Assembly: GCA_044892525.1 (NCBI GenBank)
Contig: CM097887.1
Coordinates: forward strand, 74,524,001 to 74,588,000
Reading direction: 5' to 3'
Length of the DNA stretch: 64,000 nt
Origin: Schmidtea polychroa
Lineage: Eukaryota
Positions 35,301 to 50,564 of this stretch are shown in pieces. The position numbers and the translations under genes are program-made. The notes under the pieces are model-generated. The model was not told where the DNA came from. It searched no databases and saw only the letters and a program-made list of their open reading frames with translations. Every line of letters starts with the position of its first letter. Position 1 is the stretch's first letter.

Positions 35301-38300
35301 AATATTTCTCCCTCAAGCGGGCAAAACTAATTTTTCATTCATAATTTCTTTGTTTTATCGATTAGTTTCTCATAATAATTACAATTGGATTTTGAAATAA
35401 AATGAAAAATATATTTCACAAAAGTCATATTTTTTTTTTACTTTTAACAATAATAATTACAAATCAGAAAATAATTTAAAAATTTCATTTTTCTACGTAA
35501 AGCTATAGAAATTTGGAATAAAGCTTTTAGTAACTTGCTAATTATAGATTTGAATTTTTTGTTTTAATGATTAAGAATAGAATAAACATAGAATAATTTC
35601 ATTAATTTTGTGTTAACAATTACCAGATATTTATTGAAACTTTCAGCTGTAAATGTGTTCAATAAACTTAAAAATTATTTTCTATAATTTACAATAGAAA
35701 TATATTCTGGTAAGTAATTGAAGTAATATAAAAATAATTAAAAATTGTTATTGTTTTGTTCACCTTTGATCAGTTTTTTTTTATTTTAACATTTCATCTA
35801 TTTTCATTACGACTATAGATAAAAGAATATGATATCAATAGTCGTAATGAAAATAAATTACAATGCAAAATGTATTTTCGTTTTGAAATTTTTTTGACTT
35901 ATAAACGGTTTAGACCGGTGATTCTCTTTTACACTCACTTTTAACGATTTCAAAATTTTGGGGCACACAAAGAAAAAGATAAGTTTAAAAATTATTTACT
36001 TACCCATAACACACTGCGTAAAATAGTTTATGATAAAAATTTTAAATGTGTGAAATAAAATAATATATACTAAAACAAATAACAAAACGTTTATTAAGGA
36101 TTAATTACAAGTTAATAATAAGAATACTTTTAATGCGGAATTTTAGCTTGATGCTTTTTGATAATTTCTTCTAAATATGAACTAATTGTATCAAAATATG
36201 TTTGCCAGTTGTAAAATCAGGTAACTCCCGACAACATAAAAATTGATTAATTATATCATTTTCGTGAATGTAAAGAATGCAATTACTTGCACTTTTCCTG
36301 TAATCTCGGCTGTTTCGTCGATTTCTAGAGCAAAATTTGAATTTTCAAGAGTTTCGATATATTATATATTTAAAATTTCACGGCACAGTGGTTGAGAAAA
36401 ATTCTTCAAAAAACTTAATTTTATGTGCAAGGTAGGTTTTAAATTTTTTCATCCGGAACATGAGGTTCATTTTATATATAATTATAGGGTTTTTAGTTTA
36501 AATAGATTTTTTTTTTAATTAATGAATATTTTTTTTTAATTGATGAGTATTTTTTTTTAATCGATGAATATTTTATTTTAATTAATGAATGTTTTATTTT
36601 AATTAATGAATGTTTTTCTGTGAACCCTTTATGGACCAACCAACTTGTATACCGGACAGAAGGTCCAAAAATATCTCAGATGAAAAACGTCTTGATATAA
36701 TTCAAGCGTTAGAAGGTGGGAATCTTACTCGTACTTCGGTAGCCAAGACATTTAATGTGTCATATTCGAGTGTAGTGAAGATATATGGGGATTTTTGCAA
36801 AACGGGCAAAGTTGAAAAATTAAAGGTAGGTGGAAGGAAACCAAAAAAGTTATCTGTGGAAAACATAACGTTTATAAAAGATTTGTTGCTTGAGAATTGC
36901 AGTTTAACCCTAAATGAAATCAAGTTAAAAGTATTCGAGAGGTTTGCAGTGTCGGTATGCGAGGCAACAATATCGAGTTATATTGAAAGTTTCAATTTTT
37001 CAATTAAGAGAATTCCAAAGATTTCAAATGCAGCAATTACAGAGACATTGGTTACAGAACGAAGAACATACAGTAGCTGGTTCCTCGAGAAAGTAAATGA
37101 AGGAAAAAAATTTCTATTCTTTGATGAAACAGGTTTCCAAGTAACAATGAGGAAACATTATGGAAGATCAAAAAAAGGGAAGAAGGCCATTGAGATAGCT
37201 CCAGGAATCAAATCAAGAAATAAAACCGTTATGGCTTGTATGTGGAAAGGTGGGCTAATCCATTATGCAGCTTTAAATACAGCTGGAAATCGAGTTTCTT
37301 GTTTGGAATTCATGGAAACACTATGTGAAATTTTAACTTTTGAAAACTTAACGAATGTGGCAATAGTTATGGATAATGTCTCATTTCATAAGTGTAGTGA
37401 AATTTCAACCTTTATTGAATCGAAAGGACACCAAATCAAGTTTCTACCACCCTATAGTCCATTTTTCAATCCCATTGAATTCATGTTTTCTCAATGGAAA
37501 GGTATTGTAAGATCACGAAAACCAAATACTGATGTCGAGCTTTTGAGAATTATCGATGATTTTAAAAACATCCTAACGGTAGAACAATGCGAAAATTATG
37601 TGAGGCATGTTACAAACAATATTATAAAATGTTTGGGTGGTATAAATGTATTCGAGGAATAAATATTTTCATTTTAACTTTATTTATTTACCGAATCTTG
37701 TTGGTTTATCGTTAATATACATTTTACTCGTGTTTACAAAAATGAATTCAAAATAAATATTTTTATAAATATTCATCAATTAAAAAAAAATATTCATAAA
37801 TTAAAAAAAAACACTCATCAATTAAAAAAAAATCTATTTAAACTAAAAACCCTATATGACCGAGTGCCCTATTTTCAAAGGATTTCCAAATATTTTTATT
37901 ATAATGGTTGTTTCGAGTCAAACTATACCATAAACACAAAAAGCAACAGAATTCAGTATAAATATTTTTCATTTCCATGAACATGTCTAAAATCTTAATG
38001 CAACAATCAATACTCCACTGTAATTCGTCAAAATATCAAATTGTCTTTTACTTTGTTTTTTAGGATTTTATTTTTCTTAATTTCAAATTTTCCATAGAAA
38101 TTGTCTTGCTATTATTATTTGTCAATTGACTTTTTATATTTGAAAAAAANNNNNNNNNNNNNNNNNNNNNNNNNNNNNNNNNNNNNNNNNNNNNNNNNNN
38201 NNNNNNNNNNNNNNNNNNNNNNNNNNNNNNNNNNNNNNNNNNNNNNNNNNNNNNNNNNNNNNNNNNNNNNNNNNNNNNNNNNNNNNNNNNNNNNNNNNNN

Positions 38301-41300
38301 NNNNNNNNNNNNNNNNNNNNNNNNNNNNNNNNNNNNNNNNNNNNTTATAATTAATTAATTATAGTGATATTAAAGAGAACTCAATTTTATCAAAGAATAA
38401 AACATGAAGAATTGAAGATAAAGAGATAAATACTACAAATCATTAAAACAAACGTCAATTATCTTCAATTTAAAATTTATTCTGTTTTACTATTTTAGCA
38501 TAATTTTAAATTTTAACATACATGTAAAATAATAAAAATAATAAAATAAATAATAAAAATTTTGATATTAATTTCAACATATTATGGATTACGTATTTTA
38601 AATTTTTAGTAATTAAAAATGAAACAAAATTACAGTAAACCTCACCTCATTAATGCAACATTTGGGAGCCATTAATTTTTATTTTTTGACATTAAAATAA
38701 GCCTTTACTTTATAAGAAGTTTTTGAGAAAATAATAATAATAACAATATTGGAAGAACAAATCCTTCAATAAAAATGTGCGATTTGTAATTTTTCGAAAA
38801 AAGGTCCAAAAGTAGATACAATTTTGGATCACATTCGGGTAAACTTATTTTACCTTCGTTTTTAAATAGTCACGTTGATTTTTGATCAGATAAATATTTT
38901 TTTTGGAAATATCTTATATTTCTAATATTTTGTAGAAAATTTGGAAATCTTTAAAATATTTTAACATTTAAATTTTTAACTGATTAATTAAAAAATCCCA
39001 TTAATTTGACTTGAAAATCAAAGAAGCAAAAACAAACCTCCACTCAAAGAATACCACTTTGCTCCATTTGTTATTCCATCTTTCGGCAAGAAATCTGAAT
39101 TCGGGCACGAATCTTTTCGCTTGAACATTCTCGGATTGTACTTGGAGTACGAAAGGGCTAAAAATCTTAATGTCAAATAAAACAATTAATTATTGAATAA
39201 AACGAATTTGATATATAATTTCAAATAAAGATTTTTCTTTAAAAAAATAATAATAATAATCATAATTATTAAAATTTAATAAATAATAATAATAAAGAAA
39301 CCAGGTTGACGTGATTTAACAAATAAAAATTCAAATGAAAAATTATAAAATTTCAAAAGAGAAAAGGTTTCATAAAAATCGACAAATAACTATCGAAAAA
39401 TTGTGCTAATACGTGCTAAGACTCAAATATAAATAAATGTTTGATGAAAAATATTATAGCATAATTATTATAACATAATCTACAAATCAGCCTGCCTTTT
39501 CTAATGGTCAACTTTATTTTACATTGTTACAATTCAACATTCTGCAACATTTAAAGGCAGGGCCGAAGAGAGGGGGAGACGGGTATTTTTCCCGGGCCGG
39601 TTTTGAAAATGGGCCCGGAGAGGTGTACTAAAATTTTTAATAGTAACAGAAAAAACTTGAAAACTACACACACAAAAATTACAACTGTTGATTTACTTCT
39701 TTTCGGATGGTAAATCAACGGTTTTTCCGTTGATTCAGATCTTAAAGATTTTTCGATGGATTCAATGGTTTTCACCTTTGATTTATCGTTAAATGACAAT
39801 TTTTAAATTTTTTTAAATTCAAATCAACTGTGAAATGATGTATTAACTCTCTTTTAAACATCAAATCAACTTTCAAATTAATGAAAAATTCATTGATTTA
39901 AAATTTTTGTAAAGATTTTCAGAAAACCTTTGAATCAATGGATTTCACCGCTGTTTTTTATCCTGTGTGTATGTAAAATGATAAATTGTCGGTGTCGGCC
40001 AGAGATTATAAGTAATTAGTTAGAAAATGTATATTGTTCTCATTTGCAAATGTGTTGTCGTAAAAAAATCAGATTTAGTAGGGACAAAAAATTCGTTACT
40101 AAAACCGCAGATGGCAATGTGATTGTTTTGGTGCTGCCCTCTGCGGTTTTAGTAGCGGATTTTTTGTCCCTTCTAAATTTGATTTTTTTTTCGACAACAC
40201 CAAATTTTATGATGTTATATCTATATATTTTTACTTTATGGTGTCGGCTAGAGTTTTAGTTTAAAATTATAGTTACTTTCCCTTGAATCTAAGTAAATCT
40301 ATTACAGCCATATTTCAGAGAAAAAAGTAAATGAGTTTTGTTTTTATAATCATAAATCAGTTTTAATCGATCGAAATTTAGATTTTGTAAGTATCTCTAA
40401 TTTTACTATTTGGCAAACTATTTGCATTAAATAATTTAATTATTTATAGTTGATAACGAAAGCTAAAAATGAATTATCAGCATAAATCTGGAGCCCAAAA
40501 ACGAAAACTTGCCAAGGAAAAGAAGGAAAAATCGAATTTAGGAAGACAAACATTAAACTCTCTGGGATTTACAATTCGCAAATTTTAAAGCTCGTAAAGC
40601 AGTGTTTTTGTAATTTTGATTAAAAAAAAATTAATATCTTTTAAATGTAACATTGATTTTAAATACATTCTTTCAAGATTTCAAAACTACTAAAAATCAA
40701 CGAATTTTTACTATCACAAATAATGCTACTCGAATAAAGTTTAAAGATAACAATTAAATTTCTGTTTGAATCTACGTCCGATAATTTGTTTCCTGTTTTG
40801 TTTGCATGCAAGCATACTAATGCTCAATTGTCATGGGCACTGGATCGAGTGATCGATTCCCGAACCAAAAGGCGCATATCAAAGGCTGCAAATTTTCATT
40901 TGATGTTCAATATTTTCAAATATATTCCATATCAAAAAAACCAATTGTCCGTTCAACTAAAAGTATGCTTGCATACAAACAAAACACATAACAATTTAGA
41001 TTAAAAAAATATTATAATAATCGATAAAGAGCCCGCGTTAATCATTTTATCGGGGCCCGGCCAGGCTTGCCACGGCCCTGTTTAAAAGTATGCGTCAGTA
41101 CAGTAAGATGTATTTATATAAACTATTCATATTTATAGCATTTATATTTTATTATTTGAATGTTGTGGTATGTTGAAATTGAATGTTGAAATTGTTCGAA
41201 ATATTATTTGGATTGAATTAATTCCCCAGAAATGAATTAAGAAAATACTTTGTTTAAATAATAAATAAGTATTCACGTCTTTGAATTTGTTTATGTCGAG

Positions 41301-44300
41301 AATTAAAACGAATCCTAACAAGTGCCATAGTAATTTTTAAAAGAGGTCGCATAATAATAATTTTTTATGTACGTGCTCTTTTGTTTATCCGGCCTGCATT
41401 TCAATTTGACAATTCCATGTGTTGTTTTTATAACCTTTCGACAAGTATTAAAATCTAAATCTGATTCTACGTATTCTATATCAAATAACTATGACCAACA
41501 ATATTAAAACTCAATTAAATTCACAACACACTTTTTTCACAAAATTAAATTAAAAACTAATCAACCCAATGAGACCCAAGCGGAAAATCACATATAGTAG
41601 ATAGCGCACGAATTTTAATCAACTCGGAAATACTTTTAACATAAACTAGTGAATAATGTATTGATAACGTGTTTGAAGTTCAACTCGCAGGAAATGAATG
41701 TATGGCAAAGTTATGTTAATACGAAATAGCATGCATTGCGCCCCGGCAAGACAATCCGAGCTTGTCTTATATCCGATATAAGTCCTGAATTGATGGCGTT
41801 CGATGGTCTTGTGTACGCCCGTGCAACTATACTTGCAGTATTCGTACGAATTCGTATTTTTATAATTCACGATTAAGTTTTAAGCTTTTTTAAAAGGGAA
41901 TGTATCGTTACATCAAAAGGGTGGAATTTAATGATATTGTTTTTGAATAGGAACACGACAAGTGAATATGCTAATCTTTATGTCTATATGTTATTACATT
42001 CCAACGCAAAGTATACGCCTGAGTGGAATTTCAAATAAGGGAAGTGCGAAAATCGTTGAGTATGATGAAGCTTGTCTGCCGGTGGAAATATAATCGGGGA
42101 GGATCCGCCATAACCAGTGGTATGTGGGTACATAGTTAGGGGCTCGCACAATGTTTTCATAAAGCCTGCAGCCAGTTGAAATGCGGACACAATGATGCAA
42201 GTGGTGCTTAAAAATGTTTCACCCGGAAGTCGGATTATTTCATTCCAATGGCGGGCGTATGGTGCAGACAGACGTCATTTTGGGAATATGGCGCATGATG
42301 ATTTAAATGACTCGCTGTATTTTATAGATCCATACAATACGGAAGTGCACAACACAAATATGGAGAGATGAGGTCATTTTCGAAGTATTTTATTAGGAAA
42401 AAGGAGGAATCTCAAGAGAAAAGCTGTCCGAGTATTTAATTCAATTTATTTGGGAATACAACGTTGAAAAAAGTAAAAGGTTGCAATACTTTAGTTTTAT
42501 TACAGTTTACTAATTGAGCATTTATAAAATCAATTTGAAGTGTGTTCTTTTTAACGTTTTAATGAGTTTTTAATTTAATTAATTTAGTTTTAAAACACCG
42601 TATAATACACATTTACCAAATAAACAATTGACGTCATATTACACACAAAACAGGATGTATAGTAAGAAGATATTCATAATATATTATGAAGTACAGCTAA
42701 ACAACAATCGAATTTTTGGCGACATCTATTCGTTTGTAATGTCCATGATGTTAATTTCGTAACTATAAATTTATCGCATCGCATCACGTCCTTCTGACTG
42801 ACCGCCCGTGCTAAACTGTTTTTTTTTGTTTTTTCTGATCGAGTCGGGGCCCACAGCACGGCTATAGCTGCTACCACATTAGTTACGCCACTGCCAAAGT
42901 CTTATAACGTATAATTCTATAATTTTAGATCCAATTATTGATGTTAGAGTCGCATCTAATCAACAAAGTAAAGTTATCACTGTTGGGTCAATTACAAATA
43001 TTCTTAAAGACTTTTGAACTTATGTTGTTTGAAATAGAAGTGTCGAAAATCCTTGTTAAATATAAAACAAAATGCTGAATTATAGTTATTGAAATATTTA
43101 AAATTAAATTTATGAAACATTAATATTTTAAAAACTAAAATATTTTCGTAAATTTTTCATAATATTGCATAGTAACATTTTTATAAATTTTAAATGAATA
43201 CAATTTTCATAACTTAAATACTATTTCATAATTTGTTAATAAATAATTAAAGTATGATTGAGTAATTTGTTTGATCGAATGAATTGAATATTAATCTTGC
43301 TATTTTTATGAACATATTTAAAAACACTAAATAATTTTTTTGAAAAAATTTTGTTTTTAAGAATACTCGAACGGGTTGACATTATAACTTCAATTATGAA
43401 TCATAATAATACTCGAAATATCACGAAAAATGTTTTTAATAATAGTTAAAAAAGAAAGGAATATAAAAAAGAAAAGGAAATTAAAAAAGGACAATAGTGA
43501 ATGTTAGGTTGTGTGGACAGAGTGTTGATTGTATCAATTTAAATTAACTAAAAATTCACTATTTAAAAATTTATTATTATTCACAATATTCAAAAAAAAG
43601 GTTACTTTGCGCCAACAATATCTTGAGCAAGAAAACATCAGACACTTCATTCTACAATCATTCTTTTAATTTAAATTATAATTATATTTACATTTAAATT
43701 GTTAATTTATTATTTAAAATTATTATTTACATATACTTATTAAATTCTAGATTAATTAATATATAATATTTAAATTAGTTAATATGTCTTATTTAACTTA
43801 TTCCTTACAGTGAAAATTCAAAATTTCTACCGAAATCAAATGGTAAAAAATGAAAGTATGTTAAAAATTTTTGAGTTCAGAACGCAAGACATGTTTAGTC
43901 CAGCCCTGATTACAGTGAGTACATTTTTTCTGCTTTTAAATCCACTTTGTTAAATTATTTCAAAAAATCAATCATTTGCTACCGATTTTTAATCTCATTT
44001 TTGAAAACTTGAAAATTTTTAATTCTCTAAACTGTTCAGAGTTGCAATTTGTTCATTCACATTTAGTTATTAGCCAATTAAAACGATTACACTGACGAAC
44101 AAATGTGCAAAATCAATTACAGATGCAATTTTAATTGGATGAAATTTATGAATTTGAACGGATAAAAATAACTGACTGCAATTTTGATTGACAATAATGG
44201 TCAAATACTAAAATCAGATATTGCAAAAAAATAATAATCAGTAAAAACCGGTAGGTAGAAATATTGATAAGTTAGAATTTTACTAATAAACCTATTATAT

Positions 44301-46073
44301 TGTAGAAAAAGTTGTTTTAGATATTTGTTGCTCTTTGAATACAAGTTTAATTATACATTTATCAATAATTTGTTTCAATAAACTGATTTAAGTAAAATAA
44401 GTATAATCTCTCTATATATAAAAAAGCTAAGGGTCTCTTCCATCCGAATTTTACTTTTTTTAAATTATTTTTATTTTTTTTATTCTTTTGTACTTTCGTT
44501 CTATATTACTTTGAAACGATTTATGCTATTATCTTTTATCATAGTTATGTAAACATATTAATAAACTGAATCTTACTCCTGTCCAAGAATACCCTGGATA
44601 TTTACTTATTAATCATTAATCCTATGTTCTAACAGGTTGGTGAAGCGAAGCGAACAAGGACAGAGCCCCTAGTATATATTAAAATCTTAAATGTTTCTGA
44701 TGTCTATATATATGCTTCTTTTCAAATTTCATCACTGATTTCTTTTCCATTGACATTGTATTTATTAAAAAGCTTCATTATGAATCAGTAAATATATCGA
44801 TGTTTTTGATATATTTACTGATTCATAGTCAAGCTTTTTCAGGCGAACATGTGACCCCAAGCCCACAAATTACACTTTTCGAACACTATTTTCTAATGGC
44901 TAATTAAATATCACAGATTTGTTTGATTTTAAAAGCCTCAAGATAGGAACAACATTAATTTATGGAGAAGAAATTGGCAGGTTGTTTTAATCTTTGCTCT
45001 CCTTTCTTTACGACGTAATATAAGAAAAAAATATTTCTGTTCTTGAAGAGTTAAAAAGTTTAAATTGAGAAACCCAGATAATATTAAAAAAGATTGAGAT
45101 ATTAATCTTGTTAATTTTACAAGAAATTAAAAAAAATTTCAGATTAATTTTTGAACTTTCGTATTACATATTTAATTAATTTAATCATTAACAAATTAAT
45201 ATATTTATTTTATTTTCAATTATCTCGCGATGTATTGATGTTCATACATTTCGCTTCATTAGTTTATTTTTCATCATTTAAACAAATTAATAAAAATTTC
45301 CTTACCCATTCTTTTAAAAATTTCTACATTTTAATTTAAACTTTAAATAAAGGGCCTAAAACTCATTAAAATGTATTACACTTCAACTAACTTGAAAACT
45401 TCGTTGTCTGGTGTCAGTGAAGCCTCATTTGCACCGTTAACAGTTGATTTATCATATGGATAGTTGGCCACCACATCACCACCATGAATATTAGCCGACA
45501 GTACAAACGGAATAGAGGTAATCCAAGTTATCACCATCAAAGTTTCCCGTTCAAGCTAAAATGACCAAAAATCAATGCAAATGAAAAAGAAAACAGAATA
45601 GAATAGAAATTCTTTGCCCATTAACAATCTATATATCATTTGATTAGTCTACTAAAGGCGGTAGTTTAGCAGCTGATTGGTGTAACATGTCACCTGTCTG
45701 AGGTAATTATTGAAGTTTACCACCGTTGCAAATAAGATCTCAAACTTATTTTCGTAAGTTCAAAGAAATATATACTCGTTTGACACAGTGACGCATATAT
45801 GAATCACATATTTCTTTCGGCTATAACCTAAAATGTACACATTGTTAAACACTTATTACATGCAGAATCATAAAATAGTCGATTTTCCACGAAAGGAGGC
45901 CATGCCCGAAAGCTAATGCTTTGCTTTTAACCAAAAATTTTAATTCTAAATGTCAAATGAGTGTTGTGCTGTTACAAAATTTATAACTAAAAATAAAAAA
46001 TTGTGCAGTGTAGGGTTAATATCATTTAATTATTAATAAATAAAATATAAGTCAATTGAAAAGTGCTTTAAAA

Positions 46074-46150
<77 letters not shown>

Positions 46151-46897
46151 ATACAACGATATTATTTATAAAGATAAGAATGATAAATTAGAACTCAATT
46201 TCTTGTTCATCATTTTATTGCATAAATTATCATTTGCAAAGCACTTACTCTAAATGAATTACAGATTAAAACGTTTCAATGTGAAAATTCTTAATTTTTC
46301 TAACAAAATTCAACTGAATAAATAATAAATATTTAACCAATAATCATGTCTTATTTATGTTTACTTATGATGTAGGTTTGTTTCAGCCTGTGAAAAAAAT
46401 TATTTATTGAACACTAATACTAAAACACAATTATTGATTTTATTTTTATTTTTAAATTAAAAACATGAGAAAATAAATTTGTGCTTATTATATTTCATTT
46501 TATAAATAATTTCATTTTCAAATGTTCAGCAATTAACTTAGAATGGTACCAGTTGAACCAGTTTCCATTCATTATTCATATAATATTTCTGAAATAAATT
46601 TCTTTTAATTTATGTTCACTGTCACATTTCAGCTTTAATTTCTAATTAAGTTTTATTAATATTATTTTTAATAATGTTAATAATCATAATAGTAAAANNN
46701 NNNNNNNNNNNNNNNNNNNNNNNNNNNNNNNNNNNNNNNNNNNNNNNNNNNNNNNNNNNNNNNNNNNNNNNNNNNNNNNNNNNNNNNNNNNNNNNNNNNN
46801 NNNNNNNNNNNNNNNNNNNNNNNNNNNNNCTAACACGATATTGTAAATAATATATACATTAAATGAGTAATAAATTTAAGTCTGCTGCAAATTTTCG

Positions 46898-46980
<83 letters not shown>

Positions 46981-49900
46981 TTTATTAAAAAACTTGACTA
47001 TGAATCAGTAAATATATATACTACAAAGGAAGAATTATACAACCAGAAGATTTTAATAGAATGGACTCCTTTGGATGCTTATCTTCTTTTCCATATCGTT
47101 AGAAATGTTTACTAATGAAATTTTAATAATATTTTCTATTGCTTTTTGAATTAATTTGGTAAACTACAAATAACAATGGGCCATCATATGAATGACCGAA
47201 ATATTTTTAAAATTACGTAATTACCAATTTTGCTTGGATAATAACAATATGATTAAAAATTCTTTCTCAAATATTCACCGCAAAGGCTGTTAAATATTAA
47301 CTTGTGTCACATGGTACAAATTATGTACAAGTCACCTTTATATACTCAGCCAATCTCATAAATTCTATTTATGCTTTTTATATTGTACCTCAGTACCTCT
47401 GTGGGCCGTTTGCAAATGCATATATTGAATACCCGCAACTGCCAACACAGTACTGTAGTGATAAACGTGGTGANNNNNNNNNNNNNNNNNNNNNNNNNNN
47501 NNNNNNNNNNNNNNNNNNNNNNNNNNNNNNNNNNNNNNNNNNNNNNNNNNNNNNNNNNNNNNNNNNNNNNNNNNNNNNNNNNNNNNNNNNNNNNNNNNNN
47601 NNNNNNNNNNNNNNNNNNNNNNNNNNNNNNNNNNNNNNNNNNNNNNNNNNTTGGTCAATAAATTTCTCTATCAGTTTGTTTGACATTAAGACACATTTTA
47701 AGAAAAATAAAAGTTCAAACACTAAATAATAATAAAATGATGATTTCTTTGTAGCATCACAAATTAAATGTTAAACAAGTAAATTATAAGATAAACCTTT
47801 TGCTGCAAAAGGCTTATCTTATCATTTNNNNNNNNNNNNNNNNNNNNNNNNNNNNNNNNNNNNNNNNNNNNNNNNNNNNNNNNNNNNNNNNNNNNNNNNN
47901 NNNNNNNNNNNNNNNNNNNNNNNNNNNNNNNNNNNNNNNNNNNNNNNNNNNNNNNNNNTGAAATAGTATTAGAATCATTTAGATCAAAGTCATTACTGAA
48001 CTTTATAATTTATTCCAATATACAAATTTTCCTTTTATTTAAGAAAATTTATGAGACATTAATTTCTATATCAACTATCAGAAGTGTATTTAAAAATATA
48101 AATCACCTTTTTGAAATCATAAATCTTTAGTAGAATATTGGAAATAGACTTCTCCTTTTGTGACTTGAATTTAAAATTTCCCATTATACAATTAAATTTT
48201 TACTTTTGAATGTTTTTTTAAATTTGTCAGTAAATTGGTAAAATCTTCCCCCTTTTATTTTTATAATTAACTAGCAAAATCCCAGCATGCGTTGCAATGC
48301 CCCTCAAGAAATTATTCAATATTATTTATGATAATCAAAACTATATTGATTTATAAAAGAATAATTATAATGTACAAAGTATTTAATAAATAAATCAGTT
48401 AATGCACTAGTTTGTCTTAGAACTCATTTTAAGAACTGTGCTGATAAATAACTTTTTTTTGTTCTATTAGTAATTAAGTTTTCTGTTGTAATGAAAAAAA
48501 TGAATTTATTAAATGTTTTTTTTAAATTCAAATTTTTTTTTAATTAGTAGATTTTCCAAATATTCTCGTTTCCCGGGATTCATTATTTGGCGGGAAATGA
48601 GAAACCCTAGTATTTATTTTACATTACGTTGTAATACATACATTGTCTGAAACAAACAAATACTCTAAATTTCATGGTTATAGCATTAATAACAGCATGT
48701 ATAGAAAATGTATGAAAAGATAAACTTCAGGTCACTTAAAAAACTGAAGCCATCTACCGATCGACCTTACAAACAATCGGGTTCCTCATTAAAGAAGTAT
48801 CTACAAAATAATGAAAGTTTCAAGACGATAGCTCTAACCACTCCCGAGTCTAGAGCAGACATTGCATACATTGCCTGAAACCTTTTTCCTATTTTATATA
48901 TTGAATTTTATTTTAAATTTCTAAGAGTCTCAGCTGTATTTGACTGATGATATTTGAATGTATTTTTTTGTTATTACTCAATGCTAATATCAGTCTAGCT
49001 AATAATACTAAAACAAATTTGTCTTTAATGATAATGAAATACCTCCAAAAGATTCACTGAAACCAAACTGATAAATATTTTAAAAATTGAAAAAATTAAA
49101 ACAAAAAATTGTACTTCATAAAAATTATTTTTACCTCATCTTCGTCGATTGTTTTCCTATTCAAAAGATGATGTTGCTTTCCTCCGATTTGCGAATTTCG
49201 AAACACAACTTTGTCCAAATCAGGAAAATTCCGATTCAAATCGATATTATTAGCATTGGCCCTTCCGGCGACCCATTCATTTCTCTGATAAATATAAATA
49301 AAATCAATAAATTCAAATATTTAGTGTCTCAAAAAAGTTCATCCCGTCGGTAGTCCAAGTTTTATTGTATTAAAATAATTCTAATTTTATCAATTATAAA
49401 AAAGTCTATTTACCTTTTATGATAAGTGTAATATGAACTAATTAAAAAAAGAATTACTTCGGTAACATAATAAATGGATAAACAATGAAAATAAACAAAA
49501 ACAAGATAAAAAATAACATTCATCATGTTTATAGAGGAGACAATAAAAAACTTTTACGAATGAAAAATACCAAATTAATTTAATTTGTTGTAATTCTTTA
49601 TTTAAAATGAATCAAAGGGTCATCCATAAAGGGGGTGTAAGAAAATGTGACGGTTTGTGACAGGGAGAGGAGAGGGGTTTAATTTTTTTTCTAATTTTTT
49701 TTAGTAGAATTTAACAGCTTTAAAAATAATTTTCAAAATTTTTATGAAACATTTGAATTAGTTTTATGTCAAAATAGCATGAAATGTGTATCTAATGAAT
49801 GTGTTGTTTACGATTCTTCTTGCTAGGAGCGCTAGTATGCTGTTGCGAAGCCTTGTTTTATGTATAGCTTTACTTTCGTCATACCGGAAGTATTATTATC

Positions 49901-50498
49901 TCTATATTGTCCGCTGCATAGTAATGTGACTGAACGAAAAACTTGGAATTATATTTTTACAAATAATAGGGACACGCGTCACTTCATTCTTTAGGGCACA
50001 AACTCTCAAATTTGATGACATTGTGCCGAGATCAACAGGGTTTTTCAAAGTACAGCCATATTATCTTTATTGTTCATCTTTGCAGACTAGGCTAATTCAG
50101 CGAATTTGCAAAGTATCTCACTTAAACATTGCCTCACAAACAATGTTGAAGAGACATGCAGGACAAAACAGAGTTCGGCCTTGAGAGAACGTGCCAACCC
50201 AAACTGTGACAGTCTGTTACATGGGGAGGGAGGGTATTCAAAATGGTCAAAACTAGCGTGACGTACTTTATAGACGGCACCCAATTTATATAAGGTGGCT
50301 GGTAACTTTTTTATTGATTAATACATGAAAAGAAAAAAATTATTTTATATAAAAGTAATCATTAATTTAATGTTTCACTTATTCTTTGACAATATTGCAA
50401 GCCAGCACTTTTTTTTGGTGATATAACAATAACAACAATATTAATAAGAATGGTATGCCTGAGAATAGTTCTATTATTTAACTAATGAATACATCAGC

Positions 50499-50564
<66 letters not shown>

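Noticed and set aside
27905-47729. ORFs spanning N runs (27905-28147, 38101-38358, 47304-47729 and overlaps) and the (TA)n-derived IYIYIY ORFs at 4617-5096
   Set aside because: Artefacts of assembly gaps and microsatellites.
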